Assembly (NCBI RefSeq): GCF_001194135.2 | Contig: NC_068982.1 | Location: 185,703,954 to 185,742,981, forward strand | Origin: Octopus bimaculoides | Taxonomy: Eukaryota | Length of the DNA: 39,028 nucleotides | Reading direction: 5' to 3' | Part shown: one piece after another, positions 1-11,700 of the stretch | How positions within the stretch are numbered: the stretch's first letter is position 1 | Layout of the letters: every line of letters begins with the position of its first letter | Notes under the pieces: model-generated | The model's database searches: none | Seen by the model: only the letters and a program-made list of their open reading frames with translations | What the model was told of the DNA's origin: nothing | Program-made: the position numbers and the translations under genes

Positions 1-129
1 TTGAGATGTTTGAGGCCGTAAATAAATAAAAATCTCTATCTTATCTGCATCTTGGGTATTTCGTCGTAGTACGTCAGCGAGATAATTTAGAATGGGTTTC
101 TCATTTATATATAGCCAGAACCTGAAGAC
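1..129 (-). CDS. AK5: AK5-like probable exon 5, partial (VFRFWLYINEKPILNYLADVLRRNTQDADKIEIFIYLRPQTSQ...), continues beyond the window edge
   Basis: Strong acceptor on - (cctctctctccccttcgtagtttttcctttaAG). Only the phase-0 frame is open, matching the phase-0 end of exon 4. EKPILNYLADVLRRNTQDADKIEIFIYLR aligns loosely with the AK segment ending in the (D/E)G(F/Y)PR motif. The similarity is weak. Confidence 0.55.
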
Positions 130-1139
130 CTTAAAGGAAAAACTACGAAGGGGAGAGAGAGGATGGAGGGGTAGACAGAGGCATGGCGGGAGAAAAGATC
201 ATCATCATCATCATCATATATATATATAAAGAGAGAGAGAGAGAGAGAGAGAGGGGGGACCAGTCAAGCAGCACATCACGCTGTAATTCTTGTAAAATAT
301 AGAAGTGTAATATAAACGAAAATCTCAATAAAATGGTTGAAAATATCCAATGTATTATGTGTTTAGGACAGATTTGCTTTTTGATTTATTACTTAATCAA
401 GTGAGGAAAGCCAGTACTCATGATTCTTTTCAGGGCCTCTGGTGATAAGAAAGCAAGGAATTATCCTCATACCATGGACCTGGCCCAGATAATTGCAACA
501 AAGTGGATTCTGGAATTCTGCTAAAAGACCAAGAATAGTATTAAATGGACAATGAAATTAGTGAATATCAGTTTGTTTACTAATGATACACGTTCATAAA
601 TTTAATAGTTAAGAGATCCTTAATCTCATTGTGTCACCAGAGCACTCTTTTGCCTTCATGAAACATGTATTCAGGGTGAGTTATTTTGATGAGACCCATT
701 CCTCTCTCAGCTATACCTTACTCATAGGATTTGAACTTAACACTGCAAGTTAACAAAATATTATTCCTTAGTTACACAGAGTTGATGTTACAGTGATGTA
801 ATATCAATTTACAGCTAAGTAGGTTGGATTAATATTGGTGAGCTATTCCTATTGTGTAGTGTTGATTTATTGCTAGATAGACAGGCTATTTTCGTAACAG
901 ATTCAGTGTAGTGACAATGGTAAGATATGAATTAGCAGGCTAATTGACCACACAGTTGGTTCCTTGTTGTTGTTAATGGTGATGTAACAGAAACAACAGA
1001 ATGCTGAACAAAATACTTATGGTATTAAGTCGCATTCCTTTACATTTTGAGTTCAGCTGTTACTGGAACCAATTTTGTTTTGTAGGTTTCACTTGACTTT
1101 TGTAGAGGGTTATTAGTTAAAATATTTTAATTTTAAATC

Positions 1140-1700
1140 TTGGAATATGGGCAGTCTTTGTGATGTAATCTTTTGTATGTGAAGCATGTTAGCTATCAGA
1201 AAAAAAATTAGTAAAAAATTTAGCCTTGCATTTGTAATGAAATGCAAGTTTGGAGTGAGTTATCTAGATTGTACATGGATAACACTCAGGCACAGGATAT
1301 TAAGAAGGAGTGAGAAGTGGTTTCATCTGTGTTAGAGTGGAAGCTGTTAGAGATGATGCCAAATAGGTTGTTGATGCATAGAAGGAAGAATGTTAGATGA
1401 AGCTGTAGCTAGAAGTCCAATAGTGTTGATTGAACATGGGTCAGGGAAAGCTCCATCCACACTCACGGCTATGGTACAATCTAGTAAGAAGTCACCAATT
1501 CAACAATTGAAGAGACAAGAGATGACGGAGCCCATATGTAGGCAGTTTTGCTTCAATATGCAGGTGCCAGAAAGCTACCGAGAGCTTTGTTAATGATAAA
1601 AACAGCAACTCTGTTTTCATCACATTTCTAGTGGGTAGGAGTCTACAAGTGAGTGACATTGTAGAGTAAGTCTCTGGTAGATCTGGATTTATAAAAGTTC
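1140..1700 (-). mobile_element. Degenerate CR1/L2/Jockey-type LINE reverse transcriptase remnant (approximate limits)
   Basis: Minus-strand peptides DFLLDCTIAVSVDGAFPDPCSIN and LTFFLLCINNLFGIISNSFHSNTDETT match the FLSDR..V.VDG..S...INSG and LFLLYINDL....IHSYADDTT RT motifs, with frameshifts. Confidence 0.65.
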
Positions 1701-3520
1701 AACTGGTGGTTATTTAGGAGAAAGGTTCAAGATCATAGAGAAAGGTTATAGGTCGTTTATGATTGACTCAGTCACTATTGAAATATTCAAAGTGAAGGAG
1801 AAAGGATGATAGATAGTTTGCTGGGTGACAGGAATTGGAATGAGAAACACTGCAATATATTTCCAAAGATCAGAATATATCCTTGTTGGTGGGGGTGGAG
1901 AGAGAAAGAGAGTGATAGGAGGAGAGAGAGAAAAATTGAGATTTAGTGAGAATAGAGGCTAGCTGTAGAGCATATTGTTTGAGGGTAACAGAAGGGGCAC
2001 ATTATCTGGGCCAGTGGTCTTTTTGGTTTGAAGTGATCAAAGATATTTTCACACACACAGAACTTCATCCAGATGATGATAGTTGACAGTCAATCTTCTA
2101 AATCTCAACTGTAAAATAGAAGAACAATACATTTATCTTTTCCTTGACATAACAGATCAAACAACCACATTACTCTTCCACTATGACACTAATAGTTTTC
2201 TATGACAGAACAAGTACCATAAAAACCAATGTAATTTGTGCACCTGTGTAATTTACGCAGGTGATTTTCAGGATAAAAATTGTTAAAAAAAAGCTTCTAC
2301 TCGTGTAAAATTCATGCCCAAGTTTTCAGAATTGCCAATATGACTAGGGGAAAAAGGTTTTCAATTTAGCTGTATTTAGCATAATTTCACTTACTTATGA
2401 TTAGATTTTATTAAATTTTCATGAAATGAAAATAATTTCTGTTTAACAGGTATCTCATTGAAAGCTATTAAATTACAAAGTGTTTGTGTTGTTTATAATA
2501 AACTTTATTTTACATTTTTTGCCCACAAGAGATTATGTCTAATTTTTAGCATACTTCTGTATATCTTCTCAAATTACTATCACAGGAAAAGTTGTTGATA
2601 ATTCTTATCAATAAAAACAAAGTTAATAAATACGTGCAAATGTTGCAAAATAAAATCTAATTACCAATAAACATCAGCTTGGATGACACATTACTCAACC
2701 AACAGAGGAAGGTAACCGATCAAACTGATTATGTAAACAGAATTCTGATTGGTTGAAAGTGTCTTTTTGTCTCAAGGTCTGATTTTCTGCCTATTCTTGT
2801 TGGAACCTTTGATATTGAGTATTGAAATCTTAATCCCATTCACACTTACAAAATGTCAAGCAAACTTGAAAATTTGTCATTACCATTTTAGCCAGGAGAC
2901 CAAGCTGATAGTTTGGTAACCTGCTAAAATAAATATTAAAACTTGAAAGGAGAAAATAAATAGCTTTGCAAGTTCAACTCAATGTTTATTGAACAAAAGA
3001 GGTGCAAAATTAAAAAAGCGACTTGTTAGAATATACATGTCTGTGAGGAGACATAAACAAAAATAGCAAAAATCCACTATATCAAAAGAACTGGTAATAC
3101 ATCACAAGTGTTCTATGAAGAGAACAAGATTGCTGCATAATTCAACATGAATGTGAAATGACATTAAACATCGTATAAGGTAAATGAAGGTTTCTGTAGG
3201 AACACTAAGTCATATTCACTTAGTGAATTTACATGCACAAGGATGAATTATGATGTTGCTATTGTCGGATTTAGATGCAGTAAGAGCTGATAGTGGTAAT
3301 ATCAGTGGAGAGGAATTTCCTTGTGTTGTAACATGGTGAAAGCAAGTAAATAACTTCCTTGTGCAAATGCAAGCTAGACTCCCTAAGTGGAGAAAAAGCG
3401 ATCTATTTAAGGAAATTGCTGGGCTCCATTGCGATAGGTAGAAACTCCAAGCAATGTAAAATATGGCCTGGACCGTGATTACTAGCATGAATGTCAAACT
3501 TCAAAAAGTAGCTAACCATT

Positions 3521-3806
3521 TGACATGCGTGGGAAATGGAAAGAGGTTCACCTACCTTCCTCTCTCATCTGCACTTGTCTAGTAGTAGTCACTCTGGCGA
3601 TCCTGCCCTACCCTGTCATCCAGTATAAGCAGCTGCTATCTGACCAACCCAAGAGCGAATTCCTCACGTCTGTTTGCAATACTTCAGCCAGCCAAAAGAG
3701 GACGACCCTGTCCTGTCACCCCTGCACTTCCCTTCTCACACTTCCTCTTCTGGTCAGTCCCTTGACTATTAATGTCATGGCCCTCTTCTTCCAGCTCATC
3801 CCCACA
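3521..3806 (-). repeat. 3' LTR (286 bp)
   Basis: About 87% identical to 7238-7532 by hand alignment. On - it is preceded by a short purine-rich PPT-like AGTGGGGCA. Confidence 0.92.
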
Positions 3807-6800
3807 TGCCCCACTGATCTCAAAGATCATCTCCTCACTTCACTCCATGTTGAAATCTACCACCCACCTGGGTGGGCACCTTGCATGCTGTGATCTTCTT
3901 AAATTGAGAACCTCATTTTCTTCCTCTTCTCCACAATCATCATCCAATGAAGTGACAATCCTACAAACATCCAGGACATGACGTGGCACAATTTTGGAAT
4001 TGATAGCCATCACTATCCCTCTGTTCCACTGAGTTGTGTAGTGTGCCTCTTTGGTTGCTTGACCCAGTCTTCATCTCCCACCTCCACGAAGTCAGACCCT
4101 CTCTCTTCTACAGTGTATCTCGATGGTTTACTTGGATGCTGCCATTCATATTTGAATATTGCTCTATGTGGCACGGACTCTTCGGCCTGTCCTGATTGGA
4201 GCGGCATGTACCAGAACACTGCTTCCAGCAGTGGGACATGTCCCCTCTCTGCCATGGTTTTGATCATTTGACGATGTCTCTCCATGATCCCATTTCCACT
4301 CGACCTGTAAGCTGCTCTGAAAAAGCGGTGCACTTTCCACCTGTCAAGCATCTCCTTCAGTGCCTCCAAATGAAATGCTGTACTGTTGTCCATCAGCAAT
4401 TCGTCCACAGGGCCCTGCTCTAAGAATACTTCATTTAGAATACATGCCATCTCATCTGCAGTGCCTGTTCTCAATTCCCTCCAAATGGTCATCTGGCCTG
4501 GCCCACAATCGACCATCGAGATATGTACTCTGCCGGTAGTGTGTTACATCTACTGCTAATTGTCTCCAGTTGTGCTCTACTGAAACATTTCCCTGCTTAT
4601 GCACACCCTGAGCAGGGTTGATAGATTAACACCTGTCACAGTTCCTGAGCACCTCCCGGATGCTCCGTCTGGTAATGTCAGCGTAATTCCTCCTGGCGAG
4701 ATACAGGGTCCTATTTATGCTCATATGATGCATGGTATGCAGTCTCCTTAGCTCAGAGTCGTTTAACTGACACACTGCAGTTACCCCTTGCTTTGATTCT
4801 TCCGGCTTCCCTACCTAACCAGACCTTTTTTACCCTGGTTAGAGCATCTGCCTTGTTTCTCTCTGGCCGAACTCACCAATCAGCTCCCCTAGAATTCCTA
4901 CGCGGTGCATCATTAGCATTTCCGCAGCCCCTTTGGTTTGCATCCTGTTCTTGTTGGTGATCACTAATCCTACCCAGCCAAGCACGGTAGCCAAATCCGT
5001 CCTGATTTCAATGGAGTGCAGCCCCCATTTCAGGGCCAAATTCATTCCCTTCAGAACTGCATCCAACTCAGCAACATTAATGTGGTTGTAGTCGTTTGCT
5101 TTTCGAAGCCAGGTGGCAACCTCCACTTTGATACATCCGATTTCTAACATAATGCCTATAGCAATGCTGCTAGCATCACACCATATGGTCCTGCTATCCG
5201 ATTTGGGCACATGCCAGTTCCCTGTGAACTGGGTCTTCCACTCTCATCCTCACCAGGATTTCTCGCATCATCACTGCTGTCCCCTCTTTCCCCTTGTCAT
5301 TCCAGTTCTCCCCTTCTGCTTATCTCTTGTTGTAACTGCATGCCATATGCAGCCATTCCGTGACTGGGTAGTGACCTACTAACTTCCCACACATTGAGAA
5401 CAGTTCTCTCCTGCTGACATTGGTACCCAGCACCAGGATCTCATTCCCCCTATGAAACACCAACTCGCCTGTTCTGTCTCTGTGAAGCTTAAGCTCCAGT
5501 GCAGCTCCTCCAGCCATTGGCTCCAGTGGTTTTGCAATCAACCTGAATTTCTTCAAATGTTTCACAACCTCTGTGGCAGGCACTACAGTCTCATCCACTA
5601 GGATGTCATCTATGTAAGAAATGGTGGCCCATCTTATCCTATCCACCTTTCCTAGGATTGATTTGAGCACTGTTGCCATGATCTTTGTGCAGAATTTAGC
5701 CCCAAACCCAGCCTTGTCAGGCAATATGTTTGGCTCTTGTATTGCACCAGTTGATACCTCCACAGTTTGTCACTCACATAGAGCTGCAAATATGCTGGCT
5801 TCAAGTTGACGATCATTGCTGCTTTAGTCAACTGCCTCCATACACACAGCATCTCATCACAGATGTCAGTCGCCTTGCTATCTGTGTGGCCCAATATATG
5901 GTCGTTCATCTTTGTACCTCTTCTTCAAACGCCCTTGGTGTGTCCTTTTGGGGTATGCTGGTAGCAGCTCACCTTGTTCTACAGCATTGAGTGTTCCTCT
6001 TTCTAGTGCCACTCTATCATCCATCGCTGACCATCAAATGCCACCCAAAAGTCCTCATCTTCAATGGCGTAGGCAGTGCAGCTCTTCACAGGGTTCTGCT
6101 CCTGCTCATATTCTTGACTCACATCGCATGACGCCTCCATGGCACCAAATGAAACCACATCTCTTCCAACACTTACACTCCCAAGGCAGTCAATCAAGAT
6201 CGCCTGAAGCCTTAGCATTGTGCCTCACACTGCTATGTCCACATCACTGCTACCCTTGCATTTGATTTCACTGCCATTGACTGTCTGAGTACTACTCATC
6301 CCCTTCCATTTCTTTGTCAACCTTGGGGTTATGAAAGTCATTGTGCAGCCTGTGTCCATGAAGGCCTTGAATGTGTTACCCATGACCACGACCTCAACTA
6401 CGGGCAATGACTTCACCAACGCCTCTACTCATTTGCGGGGGAAAGTTTGAGAGGCAACAACTTCACCATGACCTTTTTGCTGGCTACAATTTCGGACGAT
6501 ATGCCCAGTCTGTTTGCACTGGTAGCAAACTGGTCTGGGCTCTGCGCAGGCCCCTGCCATATACAGTCCTTGGCACCTAAAACACCGGCCTGTGAAGGGC
6601 CACTGTCATTCCTCTGCAGGCCACTTTTCGTCCTTCACAGCTGTCATGCAGATTCACGGGCTTCTGCAGCCGCCATCACCACTGCTTTCCACCCGGTGTT
6701 TTGTGTCAGCATGCAGGCTTGAACAATGAGCTCACTCATTGCCATTTTGTTGCCGCCTGGCAACTGTTGTAGTTGCAGCGACACATCATCATGAAAGCCA

Positions 6801-7237
6801 CTCACAAAAGCCAGTCACGCTACTTTCTCAAGTCTCTCATCAGTAAGACCAGATAACTCAACCAGCCTCTGTACCTCCACACCATATTTGTCGACCTGTT
6901 CACCCCTCTTCATCTGATCATTCCCAGCTTAGCAAAAAGCGGCATACTCTCCATCTGTGTAAACCTCTCTCAAGTGCTGCTCAATCTTCGCTGCACTCAG
7001 CTGTTCTTCTTCATCCACTTTGAGGTACAGTGCCAGTGCACTCCCCTCCAAATACTGGGCCATGAGGCTCGCTACATCTTTGATGCCTTGTAGCGAAGCC
7101 ACAACTTCGACCTTTCGAATCCAGGCTACTACATCACCTTCGCCATAGAAAGGTCTGATGACATCACTGCCGATCCTTATCTTCGCTGCCATCATATATC
7201 AAGGGGACAACGTCTGTATACAATTGCCGAAATAGCT

Positions 7238-7532
7238 TGTCATACTTGGGAAATGAAAAGAGGTTCACCTACCTTCCTCTCTCATCTGTGCCCATCTAGT
7301 AGTAGTCACTCTGGCGATCCTGCTCTACCCTGTCACCCAGTATAAGCAGCTGTTAAGCTGTTATCTGACCAACCCAAGAGCAAATTCCCTCATGTCCGTT
7401 TGCGATGCCTTGGCCAGCCAAAAGAGGACAACCCTGTCCTGTCACCCTCGCACTTCTCTTCGCATGCTTCCTCTTCCGGTTAGTCCCTTGACCATTAACG
7501 TGATGGCCGTCTTCTTCTGGCTCATCCCTTCA
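7238..7532 (-). repeat. 5' LTR (295 bp)
   Basis: Direct repeat of 3521-3806 with an 8-bp and a 1-bp insertion. No canonical TGG primer-binding site was recognised next to it. Confidence 0.92.
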
Positions 7533-7870
7533 CCATTTAATGGTTTTAGTAAATTTATACAGAAAAAGTAAGCATTATACTGTCCAGCATAAATAAAAGT
7601 CAACTTCATTATATTTTTTCTGTAAAAACCTATTCTGACATTAAATGAGTCAACTTCCCGTATGAATGTTTGCATTTGTATGTTGTTTTGCAACAAAAAA
7701 AAAAATTTCTAAAAATATTCTGGAAATGATCTACTCATGTAAGTTATGCACCCTCTAAAGTTAATTTTTGTTTTTACAGAAAAAAGTGCGCAAATTAAAT
7801 GGTTTTTTTTATGGTATCCCTGGACTTTAGCAACAGTTCTTTTGTACTCCTGCCTTCTTGCAATACTTAC

Positions 7871-8007
7871 ATCCATAGGAGTTTCTTTAAGTGTTTCCAT
7901 GGTGACAAACTTCAGGATAGTGTATGTAAATCTTGATACAATAACCCAGTTGGGGTAGCCGTTTCTGAGTTCTCGTGCAAACTTTACTTTTTCTGATTCT
8001 GGTGGAC
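7871..8007 (-). CDS. AK5: AK5-like exon 4: (G)PPESEKVKFARELRNGYPNWVIVSRFTYTILKFVTMETLKETPMD, degenerate AK P-loop region
   Basis: Acceptor ccattttcaaAG, donor GAT|GTAAGT, phase 1 to 0. Joins exon 3 in frame to give KPVVLILGPPESEK, the AK beta1/P-loop position. Confidence 0.8.
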
Positions 8008-8092
8008 CTTTGAAAATGGTTAAAAGGCATCAAACTTAGAAAACAGAGGTAGGAAAATGACAAAAATAAACATCAAAGATCAAACTTCAAAC

Positions 8093-8259
8093 CATCATCA
8101 TTGTTATCATTGTCATTGTCATCATCATCATTACCTCCTCCTCCTCCTCATCATCATCATCATCACCATCACCATCACCATCATCATCATCACCACCGTC
8201 TTCGTCGTTATCATCGTCATCATCATCGTCGTCATCATCATCATCATCATCATCATCAT
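8093..8259. repeat. Imperfect (CAT/CAC/CGT)n trinucleotide microsatellite
   Basis: Seen directly. Explains the poly-His/Ile/Ser ORFs in the ORF track. Confidence 0.95.
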
Positions 8260-8439
8260 AGTGTTATGCAATTTATTGGGACTTGACTTCACTGTCATAT
8301 CTTTGAAGGTGATCGTCTGCTGGCAGTATACTCATTTTCCCCTGTCATCACTCATCATCCATTCACATATCATTCATTCAAACATGATAACTAGGTAAGG
8401 AGAAAGGATAACTGTTGGGTAAAGAAGCATTAAGCCATC

Positions 8440-8830
8440 CAAGTGGAAGAAACCTGTGGAAGATCTTGGAAGATACCAAAAGAGGTGAAATCTGATCTCA
8501 AAAGGTTGGACTTCATGATGGAGCAAGTGAGCACCAACGGTGGCCAGCTACTCTACTGTGGGAGAACATGGTCAGAAGCAAAGTTACTGAGGATTTCTGT
8601 TCAGAGGGAAAGTGACTGGATGAAGTGTCTGATGTTAAGTTTTATGGAAATAGTAAGGTGCTTTTATAAGGGTCTGATGCACAGCTTATTACCTCATGAG
8701 AGCTGGAACTGTTGGAAAATACAGTATATGATTTTACTGATGGGTGTCATTTGGCCTGAGCCAATCTTGAATGAGTACCCTAGGATCAAAAGCTTTCCAG
8801 TATTGACAACCCTGTTGTGCTAGATGTGTA
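8440..8830 (-). mobile_element. Old CR1-like LINE 3' remnant (approximate limits)
   Basis: The broken minus-strand translation weakly resembles the CR1/L2 post-RT region. Heavily decayed. Confidence 0.4.
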
Positions 8831-9212
8831 TAGAACTGTATTATCCTTTCCTTATTTTGCATAATAGAGTATAATTTGAGTAACTATCTTAAGGATACTT
8901 CATTGGCTCACACTAATGGGTATAATGTGTAGGTGTAGCAGTAGCAATATCTCAGATGTTAGCAGTTTTCTAGTGTTTGGAGCTCTTGTGAATTCAATAA
9001 GGTTAGTAGCTCTTCAGAGGAGGAATAATTCTTGATCCTGACCAGAAGGCATAACATTTGAGACTCATTTTTATCAATGTTCTAGGTATTTAAAACTAGT
9101 TTGTATCAATGGAGCAAATGAAGGATCTTCTCTGTGGTCACTTCACCCATGTCAATTAGGGAAGACCATATTAGTTAATGCAGTTCTTCTATACTCTATT
9201 AAAAAGCAAGAT

Positions 9213-9257
9213 GCATATCTGTGATCAAAGCTGTAGGGCCTTTGATCACAGATATGC
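9213..9257. repeat. Perfect 18-bp inverted repeat with 9-nt loop
   Basis: GCATATCTGTGATCAAAG (9213-9230) and CTTTGATCACAGATATGC (9240-9257). Confidence 0.9.
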
Positions 9258-9341
9258 TTGATTAGGGTTGACTTGAGGTTAAACAATAACACCAACAACC
9301 AAATCAACTTCCTGCTGTATGTAGTAAATCATTTTACTTAC

Positions 9342-9440
9342 CTAATATAAGTACAACTGGCTTCTGAGTAAGAGGTATATTTTCTTCAGGGGATTCAAGA
9401 GATGGAATTCCATCTGGAACATTGCCTTCTGGCATCAGAC
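9342..9440 (-). CDS. AK5: AK5-like exon 3: (G)LMPEGNVPDGIPSLESPEENIPLTQKPVVLIL(G)
   Basis: Acceptor tttgtttctttactccactgtaAG, donor TAG|GTAAGT, 99 bp, phase 1-1. LMPEGNVP resembles human AK5 VMPENSNFP and KPVVLILG resembles PKIILVIG. Confidence 0.85.
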
Positions 9441-9673
9441 CTTACAGTGGAGTAAAGAAACAAAAATGTGGGTTAAGACAACTGTTAATTATACACACAT
9501 TCACATAGACATATGAATATCCATTCACTTATTTTACTCTTTGACACTTAGTAGAGCTTTGACTAGAAGACACTTAGTAGAGCTCAAAAGATTCAAACTT
9601 AGACTCTGATGTCTTTACAGGGGATCATTCTACAAAATAAAGAAAGGCTATAAGAGGGATCAGGTTGAGCGGG

Positions 9674-10121
9674 TATAGAAACAATTATGGCGATAAGCAA
9701 ATTAGACACATCAAATATATCAAATGTATTAAGTACATTAAATACAAAGTATTTATATGTGTTCAAGCAAAATGAGAGAAAGCAAGAGGTGGAAACTTTC
9801 AGATGATGAATGATGAATTTATATGTATAAATATATATATATGTTTATATAAATAGGTCCAACTTACACAGAGTACAAATGACAGAGGCTCATCTTATCC
9901 TATGTTAAATGCATCCATACAGCCGCATTTTGTGATGGACTAAATCTACCAACATTATTATGGACCGCTGAGCCCCCAGAAACAGGTGTTGGGACTTATA
10001 ATACCTTTCTTCAACCTCTTTAAATTTCTGTCGTTTGTATTCTGTGTAAGTTATATTAATACATATAAATTCATCATTCATCTGAAAGTTTTCATGTTTT
10101 ACTTTTTCTTGTTTTGCATGT

Positions 10122-10165
<44 letters not shown>

Positions 10166-10237
10166 TGTATTTGATGTACTTAATATATGTAATATATTTG
10201 GTGGGTCTTATTTGCTTATCCCCATAGTTGCTTCTAT
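9674..10237. repeat. Long imperfect inverted repeat (fold-back), arms about 9674-9886 and 10027-10237
   Basis: The reverse complement of the right arm matches the left arm in several blocks: tatagaaRcaaYtatgg.gataagcaaat, aaactttcagatga...tgatgaatttatatgtat, aacttacacaga.tacaaa.gacaga. Confidence 0.8.
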
Positions 10238-10294
10238 ATATACATATGTGTGTGTGTGTGTGTGTACATTAGGCATACAGACACACACACATTT

Positions 10295-10578
10295 ATCATC
10301 ATCATCATCGTCGTCGTTTAACGTCCGCTTTCCATGCTAGCATGGATTGGACGATTTGACTGAAGACTGACGAACCAGATGGCTACACCAGGCTCCAATC
10401 TGATTTGGCAGAGTTTCTACAGCTGGATGCTCTTCCTAACGCCAACCACTCCGAGAGTGTAGTGGGTGCTTTTATGTGCCACTGGCACAAATGCCAATCA
10501 GGCGGTACTGGCAACAGCCACACTCAAAATGGTGTATTTTAGGAGCCAGTCCGGCGGCACTGGCAACGACCTCGCTCA
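10295..10578 (-). mobile_element. RTE-LINE 3' tail / tail-derived short retroposon ending in (GAT)n
   Basis: Near-identical to the tails at 14219, 16660 and 23397; the tail at 16660-16849 follows RTE ORF2. Confidence 0.9.
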
Positions 10579-10590
10579 TACTAATATTGG

Positions 10591-11007
10591 AGTAGGTACA
10601 ATTGTGTGGTTAAGAAGCTTACTTCCCAACTACATCGTTTCAGGTTCAGTTTCGCTGCATGTCACATAGGACAAATGTCTTCTACTATGGCCCAGGCTGA
10701 TCCAAGCCTTGTGAGAGGATTTGGTGGATGGAAACTAAAAAGATAATGTATATATATATGTATGTATGTATGTGTTTGTGTGGTCCTGTCTTGACATCAC
10801 ATGATAATTGTAAATGAGTGTCACTGTCATACAAACAGTGTTGTTCATTTTTAATATTCTGTGTGACCATGGAGAAATATTATCTTGCTTAAAAACAGGT
10901 GAAGTTAGACAACAAAAATAGCATCTGGCCACAGAAAATCTGCCTCAATAAACATTATCCAACTGATGTAAGTATGGAAAAGTGGATAGTAAAACAATGC
11001 TGATAAT
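10591..11007 (+). mobile_element. tRNA-derived SINE with RTE-like tail
   Basis: A-box-like tgtgtggttaag and B-box-like ggttcagttt, body shared with copies at 28726, 31224 and 33281, and a tail similar to the RTE 3' end. Confidence 0.7.
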
Positions 11008-11410
11008 GTGTGTGTGTGTATACAGAGAGAGAGAGAGAGAAACAGAGAGAGAGAGATATGTGCATCCAGCTTTATTTAAATATGTCTATATGTAATCTAT
11101 ATATGATATATCTATATGTAATTATATTTTACTTAGGCATTGGCTTCTACACTAATAGAATTCAGTATACTCGATATATGTATGCCTCTGAATGAAACAT
11201 TAGTTGACTACAGAAGGGTAATAAGAAAAGAGATGACAAAGGAATAAACGATTATCTTATGAACTTTATTAGCTTACGCCTATTTCCACTATAAGATGTG
11301 GTGGACTATGCGTTCAGCACATCTTAATGATAATCTCATAGATAATTGTTTATTTCTTATTCAGCCTTTTCCTTGTGTAGTTATACGTCTGTAATTGTAT
11401 GTACATGACA

Positions 11411-11700
11411 CATCATCATCATCACCGTTTAACATCCTCCTTCCATGCTGGCATGGGTTGGATGGTGTGGCAGGATCTGGCCAAGCAGAAGCCTGCACCA
11501 TACTTCTGTGTCTGTTTTGGCATGGATTTTTACGGCTGGGTACCCTTCCTACTCCACAATGTAGGCTGAGTGCTTTTTAAATGGCATCAGCACAGACGAG
11601 GTAAGTTTTGGCATGATTTTTACAGCTGGATGCCATTCTTAATGCCAATCACTTTATAGCATAAACCAGAAGCTTTTTAAGTGGCACTTGCACTGGCAGG
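11411..11700 (-). mobile_element. Diverged RTE 3' tail copy
   Basis: catcatcatcaccgtttaacatcctccttccatgctggcatgggttgg matches the family tail. Confidence 0.75.

Larger units (their letters stand above)
3521..7532 (-). mobile_element. Full-length, decayed Ty3/Gypsy LTR retrotransposon (4012 bp) in AK5-like intron 4
   Basis: Two TG...CA LTRs (3521-3806 and 7238-7532) and identical CCATT TSDs at 3516-3520 and 7533-7537. Domain order on - is gag (MAAKIRIGSDVIRPFYGEGDVVAW; knuckles CFRC..., CYQCKQTGHIVRNC), protease (FMDTGC), RT (YIDDILV), RNase H (WCDASS), integrase (LLMDNSTAF). Multiple stops and frameshifts. Confidence 0.95.

Noticed and set aside
121-150. CTGAAGA...GAAA hammerhead-like words, also CTGATGA at 33194 and 34819
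   Set aside because: No valid stem I, II and III arrangement or cleavage triplet; two of them overlap coding exons or splice sites.
473-520. Possible 48-bp phase 0-0 cassette exon on - (QNSRIHFVAIIWARSM) with a good acceptor and a GTATGA donor
   Set aside because: No similarity to AK, and the exon 4 to exon 5 spacing fits the AK fold without it. It cannot be excluded without RNA-seq.
2100-2200. IEEQYIYLFLDIT, reminiscent of Penelope RT (E..L.FLD)
   Set aside because: Too short and isolated to support a call.
2210-3515. Possible old DNA-transposon remnant with a small hairpin (cacctgtgtaa-t-ttacgcaggtg) and a YDVAIVG peptide
   Set aside because: No paired TIRs, TSD or recognisable transposase; the peptide has no splice context.
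8057-8398. Poly-His, poly-Ile and poly-Ser ORFs, and similar ORFs at 35562-35899
   Set aside because: Translations of trinucleotide microsatellites.
9543-9584. Short direct repeats (16 bp here; 17 bp at 13474-13507) as possible CRISPR-like or TSD signals
   Set aside because: Only two units each, consistent with local slippage. The sequence is eukaryotic and has no array or cas genes.
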